A DNA stretch of 60,285 nucleotides, counting the filler. It is 7 parts of 7 records of this genome, joined end to end, with 100 filler letters (N's around TTAATTAATTAA, not from the genome) between each part and the next. Parts side by side here need not be neighbours in the genome. Positions count along the whole stretch, not along the records: positions 28,026 to 35,704 come from DRR723986_15936; positions 35,805 to 46,709 come from DRR723986_15939; 5 more parts are not named here. One strand, written 5' to 3'. The first letter of the stretch is position 1. The number at the start of each line of letters is the position of its first letter. Below the pieces are notes generated by a model. It searched no databases. It saw nothing but the letters and a program-made list of their open reading frames with translations, and was not told where the DNA came from. This document shows, one piece after another, positions 28,028 to 38,523 of the stretch. Position numbers and translations under genes: made by a program.

Positions 28028-29866
28028 CAATTGAGAGAAAATGATTTGGGGATATATGCCATTGAGGAGCATTTTGGACAACATGTTTTAGAACATAATA
28101 ACAGAACGAAAGGTGCTATACTAAGATGGAATCCCGGATTGTACTGGGAGTGGAGAATAGACGAACTGCATAATATTTATTTGGATGAAGAATATTCTGC
28201 CTATTCTTCATCTTTTGTGGAGCCTTATGATAAAGGAGTTGTCAAAAAGGATCCCGAGTTGATTGAGAATTATTTGCAGGGTGCTAAAATGCTTGAAGCC
28301 TTTAGGAGAGATTCACTTAAAGCATCCGAAGTTTTTGATGTAGAGCTGATGGCAAGGTTTCATGCAATTATAGATTTGGTCGGCGGATATCATTCGCTTG
28401 ACTGGAGTGATGTAAAGTTCTATTATAACAATGAATCCAAACGAATAGAGCCAATTGGATATGAGAGTTTTTCTGTAAGAGAAACTGAAAAAATTGCCGG
28501 TCAACGAATCCCCAATTCTTATTTGGAAATTGAGACAAACTATCATGATAAGTTATTTGCAGATCCAGTTTTCTTTAAAGCTTACATAGAGAATCTCGAA
28601 AGAATTTGTGATGAAGAATATTTTAACGCATTCCGATTATCCATCCAAGAAAAACTAAATGAAAAAATAGGCTTGGTCAGTAAAGAATGGCCCTACAGAA
28701 AATTTACGTTTGACCCCTACTATAGAAATATTGAGTTGATCAGAAACAATATCAATTTGCCTAAACCTTTTCATGCTTTTTTAAATGCTTACACGGACTC
28801 AACATTAGAGCTAAGTTTGGCCGCCGTTTCAGACTTTCCTATTGAGTTGGTGTCACTAGAAATAAATGAAAAAGAAATCATTCCTTTTGATGACTTGATA
28901 CTTTTGCCAAAAAGTAGAAATGATTTTATTGAATACCAGTCAGTTGTGTTAAAACATAGTGCTAAAAAAATTAAAGATTTATTGATTACTTGTAAAATAC
29001 CAGGAAGTCAAAACTTGTTTATAATTGAAGTGAATGAATATCCTTCCTATACATCTGAATTCAACCATGTTAATGAGGACACTCTTGTTTCAGTGTTACA
29101 GCATCCCAATATAGAGTATTCAAAATTTGAAGAAGTATACTTTTTTAACACGAATTCAATAAAGGTGGATCGTCCCTTTAAAATTGATTCAACAATTTCA
29201 TTAAGGATTTTACCTGGACAAGAAATTCGATTCGAAGATGAAGGTGCTTTTCATGTATCAGGAATCCTACAGATGAAGGGGGCTGTTGATAAAGAGATAT
29301 TACTGAATTCAGAAAATAAGAATGCTTGCATAATTCTTAATAACACCCAGTTTGAAGGGAATAATATTGTCCTTATCAATTGTCATGAAGTATTCAGAGC
29401 TGAAAACTCAACGCTTCGCTTATCAAACTTTGTAGGTGCAGATATTTCTGGTTCACTAGTATTCGCTTCACGTTCAAACGTTTATTTATCTCAAGCTAAT
29501 TTAGGTAGCGTAAATAATATTGCAGATTTAGGCCAATCTAAATTATTTGTAGATGGACTAACGGCAACTTTTGGAGAGATATGCTATCGAGCGAAAGGTT
29601 CTGTAGTTGATATTAGAAGTTCTTCATTTAAGACATACTCCAGTTTTTGTGATGCGGATCACATAAGCACATTAGGAATATGGTCGTCTGAAATATTGGA
29701 TTTTGACAATTTAGGAGCTTTGAATAATGGTTCAGCCTTTAACACTTATGGTGGTAAGGTTGAATGGAAGTCTAATAGCTTTACTTTAGACAAAAGTAGT
29801 TATGAGTTGTTAGCAGCATCCACTTTAAGTTTCTACAAAACCGATACGTTGAAAACAAATAAATGA
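28028..29866 (+). CDS. CotH-kinase-like protein with C-terminal beta-helix-like region (5'-truncated)
   Basis: LGIYAIEEHF and HSLDWSDVKFYYN...IEPIGYE resemble CotH-family motifs. Confidence 0.6.
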   Translation, partial: QLRENDLGIYAIEEHFGQHVLEHNNRTKGAILRWNPGLYWEWRIDELHNIYLDEEYSAYSSSFVEPYDKGVVKKDPELIENYLQGAKMLEAFRRDSLKASEVFDVELMARFHAIIDLVGGYHSLDWSDVKFYYNNESKRIEPIGYESFSVRETEKIAGQRIPNSYLEIETNYHDKLFADPVFFKAYIENLERICDEEYFNAFRLSIQEKLNEKIGLVSKEWPYRKFTFDPYYRNIELIRNNINLPKPFHAFLNAYTDSTLELSLAAVSDFPIELVSLEINEKEIIPFDDLILLPKSRNDFIEYQSVVLKHSAKKIKDLLITCKIPGSQNLFIIEVNEYPSYTSEFNHVNEDTLVSVLQHPNIEYSKFEEVYFFNTNSIKVDRPFKIDSTISLRILPGQEIRFEDEGAFHVSGILQMKGAVDKEILLNSENKNACIILNNTQFEGNNIVLINCHEVFRAENSTLRLSNFVGADISGSLVFASRSNVYLSQANLGSVNNIADLGQSKLFVDGLTATFGEICYRAKGSVVDIRSSSFKTYSSFCDADHISTLGIWSSEILDFDNLGALNNGSAFNTYGGKVEWKSNSFTLDKSSYELLAASTLSFYKTDTLKTNK

Positions 29867-30903
29867 AAATCGGTTTAACCATATTGCTAAGTGTTGGATG
29901 TTTATTGGCGTTTGCTCAAACCTCCCCTTTTAATCAATTAACCATTGAATCAAATGATGAGAATTCGTACTCATTTTTAGTTAGCGGACATTTTTATGGT
30001 GGAAGCGATAATAAATCGGGCTATCCAGCGAATACACTTTTGGCTAATATTGACTTATTAAATAGTCAAAATGCTGAGATGTTAATCTGCCTAGGTGATT
30101 TATTTAAAGATGTCAAAACAGAAAGAGATAAGTATAAAAGCTCTTTTTTTGACAAACTTAAAATTCCTTTGTTCAATGCAGTAGGGAATCACGATTTAAC
30201 TGAAACGTATTATCAGGATAATTATGGAGCAACTTATTTTTATTTTGAGTGCAATGAAGATGTTCATATAATACTTGATACTGAGATTGATAATGGAGAC
30301 ATAGAGGATGCTCAATTAGATCTTATAAAGGAAGTTGAGAAGAATGTTTCTGAAGGATCTATTAATAATGTTTTTATTTATATGCACCGTCCTCTGTGGA
30401 AGTCAGGAAATGAAAACTATAGTAATTTGTTTAAAGGAAATACAGAAGGTTTGGTGGAGCCTAATTTTAAAGAAAAAGTTTTACCAATTTTAAAAAATAT
30501 GACTGAGTTTAGCTCGGTATACTGTTTTTCAGGATCAATGGGAGCCGCAGCTCCGGCATCTTTTTTTTATGACAAAGATCAAGAATCAGGAATTACATTT
30601 ATTGCAACAGCTATTAGGGCCTTACCAAGAGATGCTGTATTAAAAGTTAATGTATCGAACAAGTCTGTGGACTTTGAAACCATTTCATTAACAGGTCAGA
30701 CATTGGAGCCCCTTGAACATTACGGCCTTGATTATTGGGCTACCACCAGTGGTGAGGAGAAGTTCAATTGGAGACTAGCACCCTTGTACATCAAGAATAC
30801 CTTTCTCTCTCGTTATTTTTGGTACGGTGTAGCTTGGACAGTTGCAGGTATTATCTTCTTTGTTTTTATTCGCAAATGGAGATTAAAACGAAAGGCTAAT
30901 TAA
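29863..30903 (+). CDS. Metallophosphoesterase-fold protein with signal peptide and C-terminal membrane anchor
   Basis: LGDL, GNHD and HRP motifs; C-terminal hydrophobic helix and basic tail; ATGA overlap with the upstream gene. Confidence 0.7.
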   Translation: MKIGLTILLSVGCLLAFAQTSPFNQLTIESNDENSYSFLVSGHFYGGSDNKSGYPANTLLANIDLLNSQNAEMLICLGDLFKDVKTERDKYKSSFFDKLKIPLFNAVGNHDLTETYYQDNYGATYFYFECNEDVHIILDTEIDNGDIEDAQLDLIKEVEKNVSEGSINNVFIYMHRPLWKSGNENYSNLFKGNTEGLVEPNFKEKVLPILKNMTEFSSVYCFSGSMGAAAPASFFYDKDQESGITFIATAIRALPRDAVLKVNVSNKSVDFETISLTGQTLEPLEHYGLDYWATTSGEEKFNWRLAPLYIKNTFLSRYFWYGVAWTVAGIIFFVFIRKWRLKRKAN

Positions 30904-31046
30904 ACCATTTTAGTTCTACAGGGTCATAAAGCATAGACAATTAGTTCATTACAAATTAAAATATGCGCTATGACAAAGCTTCGAATTCTATATTTTACAA
31001 TTTATGTTTTAATACTTGCGAATCTCTTCATGATCTGATCACTTGA

Positions 31047-32375
31047 TTAGGATTCAGTATCAACTGTGGGAGGAATAACTTCATTTTCATTTTTAGGAAC
31101 GAAGAAAAGTGCAATGAATCCAACTACAAAGAATGCAATTAAGGCCAGCACAGCAAATCTCATGTCGCCAGAACTCGCTTCTACAAATCCAAATATGACC
31201 ATTCCAATCACGATCCCTATTTTTTCTGTAATGTCATAAAAACTGAAGAAAGAAGCCGTATCAGTGGTTTCTGGTAAAAACTTAGAGTAGGTAGATCTGC
31301 TCAAAGCTTGTGTGCCTCCCATTACAAATCCAACTATTCCTGCAAGAATGTAAAAGTTAATTTCATCATAAACAAAGAAATAAGCGAAACCACAGCATAT
31401 CACCCAAATAAAAAGAGCCATTCCCAAAGTTTTTAAATTCCCAAACTTTTTAGATAATCTGCTGAACAACAATGAACCTGGAATGGCGATAAATTGAATT
31501 AATAATACTGCAATTATCAATCCTGCTTCATTCGAATCCGGTTTGTTAAAAACCTCTTTCTTAGCAAACAATACAGCCATTAACATAACAGTTTGAACTC
31601 CCATTGAAAAGATGAAGAATGAGATTAGGTACCGCTTCAATCTAACGGTTGTTCTAACAAATCGCCCCACTTTTTTTAACTCTCTAAAACCATCTCCTAA
31701 AATTTGCCTTGTGATCCTATTTCCTTTAGTTCCCGAAGGTAAACGCCTATAAGTGATTTGCGCAAAGCCGATCCACCATAATCCAGTGATCCAGAAACTG
31801 TGTTTTGCCGGCATTTCAAAGGCTTTGATCGCCACGAGTAGAGAGATAAGCAATAGGGCACTTCCAATATATCCCATTGAAAATCCTTTGGCTGATAAAC
31901 TGTCATGATCTTTCGGTTCAGCAATCTCGGGCATAAATGCGTTGTAAAAGACTAAGCTATTCCAAAATCCTAAACTAGCTAAGAACAAAAATGTCATCCC
32001 TATTTCAATTGGAACATCCTGGAAAAAATAGAGGCAGGCCACTGAACTAGCTCCTAAATAACAGAAAAATTGCATGAATCTTTTTTTACTTCCAGCAAAG
32101 TCAGCAATTCCAGATAAAATAGGTGATAAAATAGAAACCATCAATAATGATGCTGCTATCACGTAAGAATATAGAACTGTGTTTTTTATTTCAACACCGC
32201 AAAAAGTTACTAGATCAGAAATAGTTTCTCCGTCAACTTTGGTGCTCGTTACAGATTCAAAAAATATTGGAAAAATAGCTGTAGAAATAACGAGAGGATA
32301 TACTGAATTGGCCCAGTCATAGAAAGCCCAAGCTCTCATTGTTTTCTTATCGCCTTTTTTTATCGGGTTGTTCAT
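31047..32375 (-). CDS. MFS transporter (Atg22/UMF1-like)
   Basis: AWAFYDWANS, FYNAFMPEIA, GGTQALSRS; probable start MNNPIK at 32375. Confidence 0.88.
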   Translation of the reverse strand: MNNPIKKGDKKTMRAWAFYDWANSVYPLVISTAIFPIFFESVTSTKVDGETISDLVTFCGVEIKNTVLYSYVIAASLLMVSILSPILSGIADFAGSKKRFMQFFCYLGASSVACLYFFQDVPIEIGMTFLFLASLGFWNSLVFYNAFMPEIAEPKDHDSLSAKGFSMGYIGSALLLISLLVAIKAFEMPAKHSFWITGLWWIGFAQITYRRLPSGTKGNRITRQILGDGFRELKKVGRFVRTTVRLKRYLISFFIFSMGVQTVMLMAVLFAKKEVFNKPDSNEAGLIIAVLLIQFIAIPGSLLFSRLSKKFGNLKTLGMALFIWVICCGFAYFFVYDEINFYILAGIVGFVMGGTQALSRSTYSKFLPETTDTASFFSFYDITEKIGIVIGMVIFGFVEASSGDMRFAVLALIAFFVVGFIALFFVPKNENEVIPPTVDTES

Positions 32376-32388
32376 ATGGTAAATATGC

Positions 32389-32425
32389 AAAAAAAAACCA
32401 CCCTGCCGATTGACAGAGTGGTTTC
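32389..32425 (-). terminator. Intrinsic terminator after the OmpA-family gene
   Basis: Minus strand AAACCACTCTGTC-aatc-GGCAGGGTGGTTT followed by a long T-tract. Confidence 0.8.
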
Positions 32426-32445
32426 ATTATTAACATTTTGTATGA

Positions 32446-33591
32446 TTAGTTGACCTTAAAAGTCACACGTCTATTCTTGGCTTGACCAATTTCATCACCA
32501 GAAGTACTTTGAGGTGCATCAGCGCCTTTTCCACTTACAGTAATTCTTGTGCCATCTATTCCTTTAGCCATTAAATGCTCTTTTACTTTTTGAGCTCTTG
32601 CTTTATCTAAAGCTATACAATTATCATCAGCAACTTCATCTGAATCCATGTGACCTGTAATCGTTAATTTCAGATCAGTGTTTTCAGTCATAACCTTTTC
32701 AATGTTAGCTAAATGCTCATAATCGCTTTTAGTGAAATCAGATTTCGCATATCCAAAATATAGCTCTGTATATCTTACAACTAAATCTGGCTTCATCCCC
32801 TCAGGATTAACTGCCGCAACCTCATAAGTGTATGTTGTTTTTACCTCTAATTCTTTGATTTTACAATCACATTCTGATTCGTCATCAATCATCACCACCG
32901 ATACATCATCAATGTAGTAGTAAGATGCAATTACCGAAGTTCCTGTGAAATCCTTCATTTTCTTCAAACGCTGGTTTTGAGTTTCTGCGTTTGACATAAA
33001 GTTTCCAATTGTCAAATACTTTTCACCACCAGAGGCAACATAAGTTGCGCAAACTTCATCCCATCCAAATGGAGCATTAAATACAGGATTGTCTCTGTGT
33101 TTTACGTGAGTTGGAACTAAGATGTGTTTGTTTTCGTCAATATTGTACTGCTTTTTTGAGAAATTGATTCCCATGTTGTTTGCAGCATATTTAGAACCTT
33201 CTGCCATTGAAACGTAGAATTTAACACAGTACATGGCGTCTTTTCTTAAAGGCAACTTCATTTTGGTAGAAGCATATTGTCTTGGTTCTTTATCATTATA
33301 AGAGAAAGTTCTAATTCCAATATAGTTTTTACCACCGTGAGGCTCTTCAAATCCAACAAAGTTTTTTGGGGTTCCGAATCCGTCCTTCACTTTTGCTGAG
33401 AATAAATCGGCGCCAGTTTTAGTCGGTGACATCCAGCCAACCGCTACGCTAATTGCTCCTTCCCGTTTTATTTTTCCTTCAATTTGCTCAAAACCTGGGT
33501 TTTCTACCATGTTTTCAGAATCTTGTCCAAAAGAAAATAGTCCTACACTTAATGCTAACAGGGATGTCGTAATCTTTTTCATTTTAATCAT
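32446..33591 (-). CDS. OmpA-family protein with N-terminal beta-sandwich domain
   Basis: Signal peptide (start may be 33582); NPGFE; C-terminal ITGHMD...RAQKV...KNRRVTF peptidoglycan-binding domain. Confidence 0.8.
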   Translation of the reverse strand: MIKMKKITTSLLALSVGLFSFGQDSENMVENPGFEQIEGKIKREGAISVAVGWMSPTKTGADLFSAKVKDGFGTPKNFVGFEEPHGGKNYIGIRTFSYNDKEPRQYASTKMKLPLRKDAMYCVKFYVSMAEGSKYAANNMGINFSKKQYNIDENKHILVPTHVKHRDNPVFNAPFGWDEVCATYVASGGEKYLTIGNFMSNAETQNQRLKKMKDFTGTSVIASYYYIDDVSVVMIDDESECDCKIKELEVKTTYTYEVAAVNPEGMKPDLVVRYTELYFGYAKSDFTKSDYEHLANIEKVMTENTDLKLTITGHMDSDEVADDNCIALDKARAQKVKEHLMAKGIDGTRITVSGKGADAPQSTSGDEIGQAKNRRVTFKVN

Positions 33592-33594
33592 TTT

Positions 33595-34632
33595 TTAATT
33601 TTTCGCGTATTCTTTGACAGTTTCAATAAAGCACTTTACTTTTTCAGGATCAGTATCAGGGTATACACCGTGGCCTAAATTAGCTATATGCCTTTGATTA
33701 CCAAAAGAATTTAGCAAGTTTTTTGTTTTCATTTCAATCGTTTTGAAATCTGAATAAAGCACGCATGGGTCAAGATTTCCTTGGAGTGTTTTATCAGCTC
33801 CAATAATCATTCTGCTCTCAGCAATGTCCATATTCCAATCAATTCCGATTGTTTGACAATCTAATTTCGCCAGTTCCTCTCTTGCGTAATACGCTCCTTT
33901 TGCAAAAACGGTTACAGGAACTTCATTAATTGCCTCACATATCCTACTTACATATTTCATTCCAAACTCGGAATATTCAGCAGGGCCAAGGATTCCAGAC
34001 CAAGAGTCAAAAACCTGAATAATGTCAGCTCCTGCCTTAATCTGGAGTTTCAGATACTTGATAGTGACATTAGTAATCATGTCTAATAATTGATGCGCCA
34101 TCTCAGGATTAGCAAATAATTGACGCTTGGCTTTACTAAAGGTTTTTGATCCTTCACCTTCTGTCATATAACAAAAAATGGTCCATGGCGCACCACAAAA
34201 ACCAATTAATGGGACACGGCCGTTCAATTCTTTCTTCGTAATTTTTATTGCTTCTGATACATAGCCAAGTTTGTCCGCAACATCAATTTGATCTGAAATT
34301 GTTTTTAGATCTTCAACTGATTTTATTGTGTTCTCAAACCATGGTCCTTTTTTCTCAATCATTTGATAAGGAAGTCCCATAGCCTCTGGAATAACCAAGA
34401 TATCAGAGAAAATAATTGCGGCGTCAACTCCCAAAATATCAACTGGTTGTATGGTGACCTCTGCGGCGCGCTCAGGTGTTTCTACTAATTCTTTAAATCC
34501 ACTTAAGCTCGCTCTAACCGCTCTGTACTCTGGCAAAATTCTTCCTGCTTGGCGCATTAACCAAACGGGATACCGTTCCGTTTTTTCACCTTTGATAGTT
34601 CTTAAAATGAGATCATTTTGATATTCAGCCAT
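33595..34632 (-). CDS. hemE: Uroporphyrinogen decarboxylase
   Basis: [36 protein letters not shown]. Confidence 0.97.
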   Translation of the reverse strand: MAEYQNDLILRTIKGEKTERYPVWLMRQAGRILPEYRAVRASLSGFKELVETPERAAEVTIQPVDILGVDAAIIFSDILVIPEAMGLPYQMIEKKGPWFENTIKSVEDLKTISDQIDVADKLGYVSEAIKITKKELNGRVPLIGFCGAPWTIFCYMTEGEGSKTFSKAKRQLFANPEMAHQLLDMITNVTIKYLKLQIKAGADIIQVFDSWSGILGPAEYSEFGMKYVSRICEAINEVPVTVFAKGAYYAREELAKLDCQTIGIDWNMDIAESRMIIGADKTLQGNLDPCVLYSDFKTIEMKTKNLLNSFGNQRHIANLGHGVYPDTDPEKVKCFIETVKEYAKN

Positions 34633-34636
34633 GGCT

Positions 34637-35302
34637 TTACCAGTTAATGGGATTAATTTGTTGCAAAACTAACAATTCGTTTGCTTTACTGAAATGTTTG
34701 CAGCCAAAAAATCCACGATAAGCAGATAAAGGAGATGGATGTACACTTTTTAGAATGTGGTGTTTAGATTCATCAATCAAATCGGCTTTCTTTTGCGCTT
34801 GAGATCCCCAAAGCAGAAATACTATACCAGTGCGTTGTTCTGAAATCAGCTGGATAACTCTATCTGTGAATTGCTGCCATCCAATGTTTTTATGTGAATT
34901 TGCTTCGTTCGCTGTGACTGTTAATACAGTGTTTAGCAGAAACACTCCTTGTTTAGCCCATCTTTCAAGATTTCCGTGCTCAGGAATCTCTTTACCTAAA
35001 TCTGTACTTATTTCTTTGAAGATGTTCTGCAGTGATTTTGCTAAAGGGCGCACATCCTTAGGAATAGAGAAGCTCAGACCGTGAGCATGACCAGGAGTCG
35101 GGTAGGGGTCTTGCCCCAATATAACCACCTTTATGTTTTCTAAAGAACATAAATTAAATGCGTTAAAAACATCCTGTTCCCGAGGCAGTATTAATTGAGT
35201 TGAAGTCAATTCATCTATGCAATTTGTCAGCTTTTTAAAATACGGTGCTTCAATTTCCGTTTTTAAATGATCATTCCAAGATGGATCTAAGTTTATATTC
35301 AT
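34637..35302 (-). CDS. ung: Uracil-DNA glycosylase
   Basis: [32 protein letters not shown]. Confidence 0.97.
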   Translation of the reverse strand: MNINLDPSWNDHLKTEIEAPYFKKLTNCIDELTSTQLILPREQDVFNAFNLCSLENIKVVILGQDPYPTPGHAHGLSFSIPKDVRPLAKSLQNIFKEISTDLGKEIPEHGNLERWAKQGVFLLNTVLTVTANEANSHKNIGWQQFTDRVIQLISEQRTGIVFLLWGSQAQKKADLIDESKHHILKSVHPSPLSAYRGFFGCKHFSKANELLVLQQINPINW

Positions 35303-35314
35303 GCCACAGTAAAC

Positions 35315-35348
35315 AAAAAAAGTCTAACCCGCCGAAACAGATTAGACT
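35315..35348 (-). terminator. Intrinsic terminator after rpsT
   Basis: Minus strand AGTCTAATCTG-tttcgg-CGGGTTAGACT followed by a T-tract. Confidence 0.75.
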
Positions 35349-35369
35349 CACAAAATTATAATCAAATGC

Positions 35370-35624
35370 TTATTTTAAAGCGTTTACTTTTTTAGTAAGG
35401 CTTGACTTTAAATTAGCAGCTTTGTTTTTATGAATAACGTTTGTTTTTGCTAATTTATCAAGCATAGCAACAACTTTTGGAAGCATTTCAGCAGCTTCTT
35501 TCTTGTTAGTTGTTTCTCTTAATTCAGCAATCGCATTACGCGTTGTTTTATGCTGGTACTTGTTTCTTAATCTTTTTGCATTGTTAGATCTAATTCTCTT
35601 TAATGCTGATTTATGATTTGCCAT
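35370..35624 (-). CDS. rpsT: 30S ribosomal protein S20
   Basis: [12 protein letters not shown]...[11 protein letters not shown]. Confidence 0.97.
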   Translation of the reverse strand: MANHKSALKRIRSNNAKRLRNKYQHKTTRNAIAELRETTNKKEAAEMLPKVVAMLDKLAKTNVIHKNKAANLKSSLTKKVNALK

Positions 35625-35675
35625 AAACTGTTGTTTTAATTCTTGAACCTCTTATAAGATTCAATTTTTTTTAAG

Positions 35676-35704
35676 TAGCCCATAGGAGAATCGAACTCCT
35701 GTTT
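35676..35704 (-). tRNA. tRNA 3' fragment, probably tRNA-Glu (anticodon not visible)
   Basis: Minus strand ...ACAGGAGTTCGATTCTCCTATGGGCTA (T-arm and acceptor strand); cut by the contig end. Confidence 0.7.
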
Positions 35705-35804
35705 NNNNNNNNNNNNNNNNNNNNNNNNNNNNNNNNNNNNNNNNNNNNTTAATTAATTAANNNNNNNNNNNNNNNNNNNNNNNNNNNNNNNNNNNNNNNN
35801 NNNN
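35705..35804. other. Artificial contig spacer
   Basis: N-run with TTAATTAATTAA. Confidence 0.99.
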
Positions 35805-37600
35805 CCCCCGGCTTCCGATGCCTTAACTTTTACGTAGCTTCCAGGCGCGTCCTCAATCGCCTCAAGCGGGCCTTCCCCGGGCTGACGGGGCTGAACTTGC
35901 TCTCCCTCGAATGTCGCCAGCCATTCACGCCAGTGTGGCCACCAGGATCCAGGGTGATGTTCTGCGCTATCAAACCAGTCATCCGGCGAGCCTGGCAATT
36001 GGTTATTAGTCCAGTATCCGTATTTTTCCTTGTAAGGGGGATTAATGACCCCGGCAATATGGCCGGAACCGGACAGAACGAATCGCACATCGCCGCCGTA
36101 AACCCCGGCGCCCCGATAAGTCGTTTTCCATTTAGCGATATGGTCCTGGCGGGCGGAAAGGAAGAAGGAAGGTACGCTGATGGCGGAAAGATCAATGCCT
36201 TCACCAGCAATCGTCAGGGCATCCGGCTGCACCAGTCGGTTATGCAGGTACATTTCCCGAAGGTAGTAGCTGTGCATTCTGGCGGGGAGGTTGGTGCCGT
36301 CGGTATTCCAGTACAGAAGGTCGAAGGCTTTGGGTTTCAGGCCTTTGAGGTAGTTGTTGGTCCAGTAGGACCAGAACAGATCGTTTTCCCGCAGCAGATT
36401 GAAGGTAAAGGCCATGGCCCGGCCATCCAGGTAGCCTTTGCGCTCCATGGTTCGTTCGATACCGCGGATCGAATGATCGTTAATGAAGACGCCGATGCCG
36501 CCGGGGTCTGAAAAATCCAGCAGGGTGGTCAGATAGGTGGTGCTGACGATCGGGTTACGTTGTTTTTTAGCCAGCCAGGCCATTGTGGTTCCGAGCAGGG
36601 TACCACCAATGCAGTAGCCAATGGCATTCATCTGGGGCTCGCCAGTCGCTTCAGTTACGGCATCAATGGCCGCCAGCACGCCCAACGTCATGTAGTCGTC
36701 CCAGCCCCGGTTTTTCTGGGCTGGCCCGGGATTCCGCCAGGAAACCATAAACACCGTCTGGCCCTGGTCTACCAGCCAGCGAATGAAGGAATTGCGTTCG
36801 GTGAGGTCGAGAATATAGAACTTGTTGATCCAGGGGGGGACGATCAGAAGCGGGCGCCGGGCCACGGTTTCAGTTGTTGGCGAGTACTGGATCAATTGCA
36901 TCAGTTCATTCTGGTACACCACTTTGCCGGGCGTTGTTGCCAGGTTGCCGCCCACCTCGAAGGCAGAACGGTCGGTCATGGCGACGTTGAACAGATTCGG
37001 GTTCTGCCGGATATCGTCTACCAGGTTGCGGGCACCATCCACCAGATTCATGCCTTTTCGCTCCCAGGTTATCCGCAAAATTTCCGGGTTGGTCAGCGGG
37101 TAGTTGGAAGGTGAAAGCGCGCTCGTCAACTGGCGGGCGTAGAACAGCATCTGGTCACGACTCGGGCCGGGGAGCCCCTCCATACCTTCAACCCAGTTCA
37201 GGAAGGCGCGGGAGTTGATCAGATAGGCCTGCTGGAGCACATCAAAGGACAGATGCCTGTGCCAGTCCTCCGCCATGAAGCGCCGGTCGTCCGGGTCCGG
37301 TTCGGCGACCGGTTCCATCGGTTTGCCGGTGAGTCTGGTCAGGGTGTAGCGAGCCAGCCCCAGGTGTTTGCGGGCAAGATCGATTTCTGCACTGGCGAAC
37401 CGGAGCGGGTGCAGCAGCAGATCCTCGGCCATGGTTCGATAGGCGTCCGAGATTTCGCTCAGCGTGGAGAGTTTGGTGTCCTCCATCATCCCGGTGTCGC
37501 CGAGCCATTTTTCCAGCTGTTGCTGGCCCTGGCGGACGTTGTCCTCGAAGGTTTTCACCAGATTAGTGGCGGTTTTGCTCACGAAATCCAGACCGAACAT
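35805..37600 (-). CDS. phaC: Class I polyhydroxyalkanoate synthase (3' end truncated)
   Basis: PPWINKFYILDL, GYCIGG lipase-like box, DHIA, SGHIAG, GSWWPHW; ATG at 37600 follows GGAGAG. Confidence 0.95.
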
Positions 37601-37621
37601 AGGGCTCTCCTGCCGCTGAAT

Positions 37622-37659
37622 AAAAAACGGCCGGAATGGATACCATTCCGACCGGTTTT
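37622..37659 (-). terminator. Terminator between the phasin gene and phaC
   Basis: Minus strand CGGTCGGAATGG...CCATTCCGGCCG followed by TTTTTT. Confidence 0.7.
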
Positions 37660-37670
37660 GCTCCTGCCTT

Positions 37671-38027
37671 TCAGGCTGCAGATTTGGAACCGCTGGCCTT
37701 GGCGGTTGGTGTCTTCTCTTTGGCAGGTTCGCTCGAATCCTGTTCAAAGGCTTTCTGTACCTGGTCACGGGTTTCGCTGAAGTAATCCTGCCAGGCTTTC
37801 CAGTCCTGGGTGAACTGGTCACTGAGGGATTTGAGGGTCTCTGCCTGGTCGGTGGTCAGTTGCTTCAACCCATCCAGATCGCGAACTTCGGCGACTTTTC
37901 GAGCCTGGTCCATGGCGACATCGGCATAACGACGAAACGCATTCATCTGCATTTCGGCGGCCTTGCTGAACTGGGTGAAAAGGGTTTCGTTGAGGCGGTT
38001 AGCCTTGTTGATCATATCCTGGTTCAT
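37671..38027 (-). CDS. Phasin-family protein
   Basis: 118-aa helical Gln/Ala-rich protein directly upstream of phaC. Confidence 0.75.
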   Translation of the reverse strand: MNQDMINKANRLNETLFTQFSKAAEMQMNAFRRYADVAMDQARKVAEVRDLDGLKQLTTDQAETLKSLSDQFTQDWKAWQDYFSETRDQVQKAFEQDSSEPAKEKTPTAKASGSKSAA

Positions 38028-38172
38028 TCGTTACAACTCCTTTGTAGTGATTGTTGGAGCAAGTAGTTTAGCTCACGTTCGATGACACGATTTTGACAGG
38101 CATCAAACCGGCTTCCACCATATCTCCTAGTCTATAGTTAAGCAGATGGCACATAGACCCGGGAGGCATCCG

Positions 38173-38493
38173 ATGGCAAACCGACAGTCCGAACTGGAAA
38201 CCCTGAAAGCAGACCTTGAAGCCAGGCTGTCCCGCTACCAGGCGCATCAGCGCAGGGAGACGGGGGCATTGGAAAAGGATTTCGAAGAGCAGGCGAGCCA
38301 GATCCAGAACGATGAGGTAGTGGATTCCCTGGAAGCGGAAACCCGAGCGGAACTCCAGCAGATTGATCACGCCCTGGAGCGGATAGAGCAGGGCGTCGGC
38401 AACGAATGCGAGCAGTGTGGTAATGACATCGATCCCAGGCGGCTTCAGGTATTGCCGTATACCACGGTTTGTGTAGATTGCGCGTCAGACTGA
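38173..38493 (+). CDS. TraR/DksA C4 zinc-finger protein
   Basis: Coiled coil; CEQC...RRLQVLPYTTVCVDC; ATG follows GGAGG. Confidence 0.88.
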   Translation: MANRQSELETLKADLEARLSRYQAHQRRETGALEKDFEEQASQIQNDEVVDSLEAETRAELQQIDHALERIEQGVGNECEQCGNDIDPRRLQVLPYTTVCVDCASD

Positions 38494-38523
38494 CAACCTG
38501 GACGCAAAAGCACAGGATGAACA

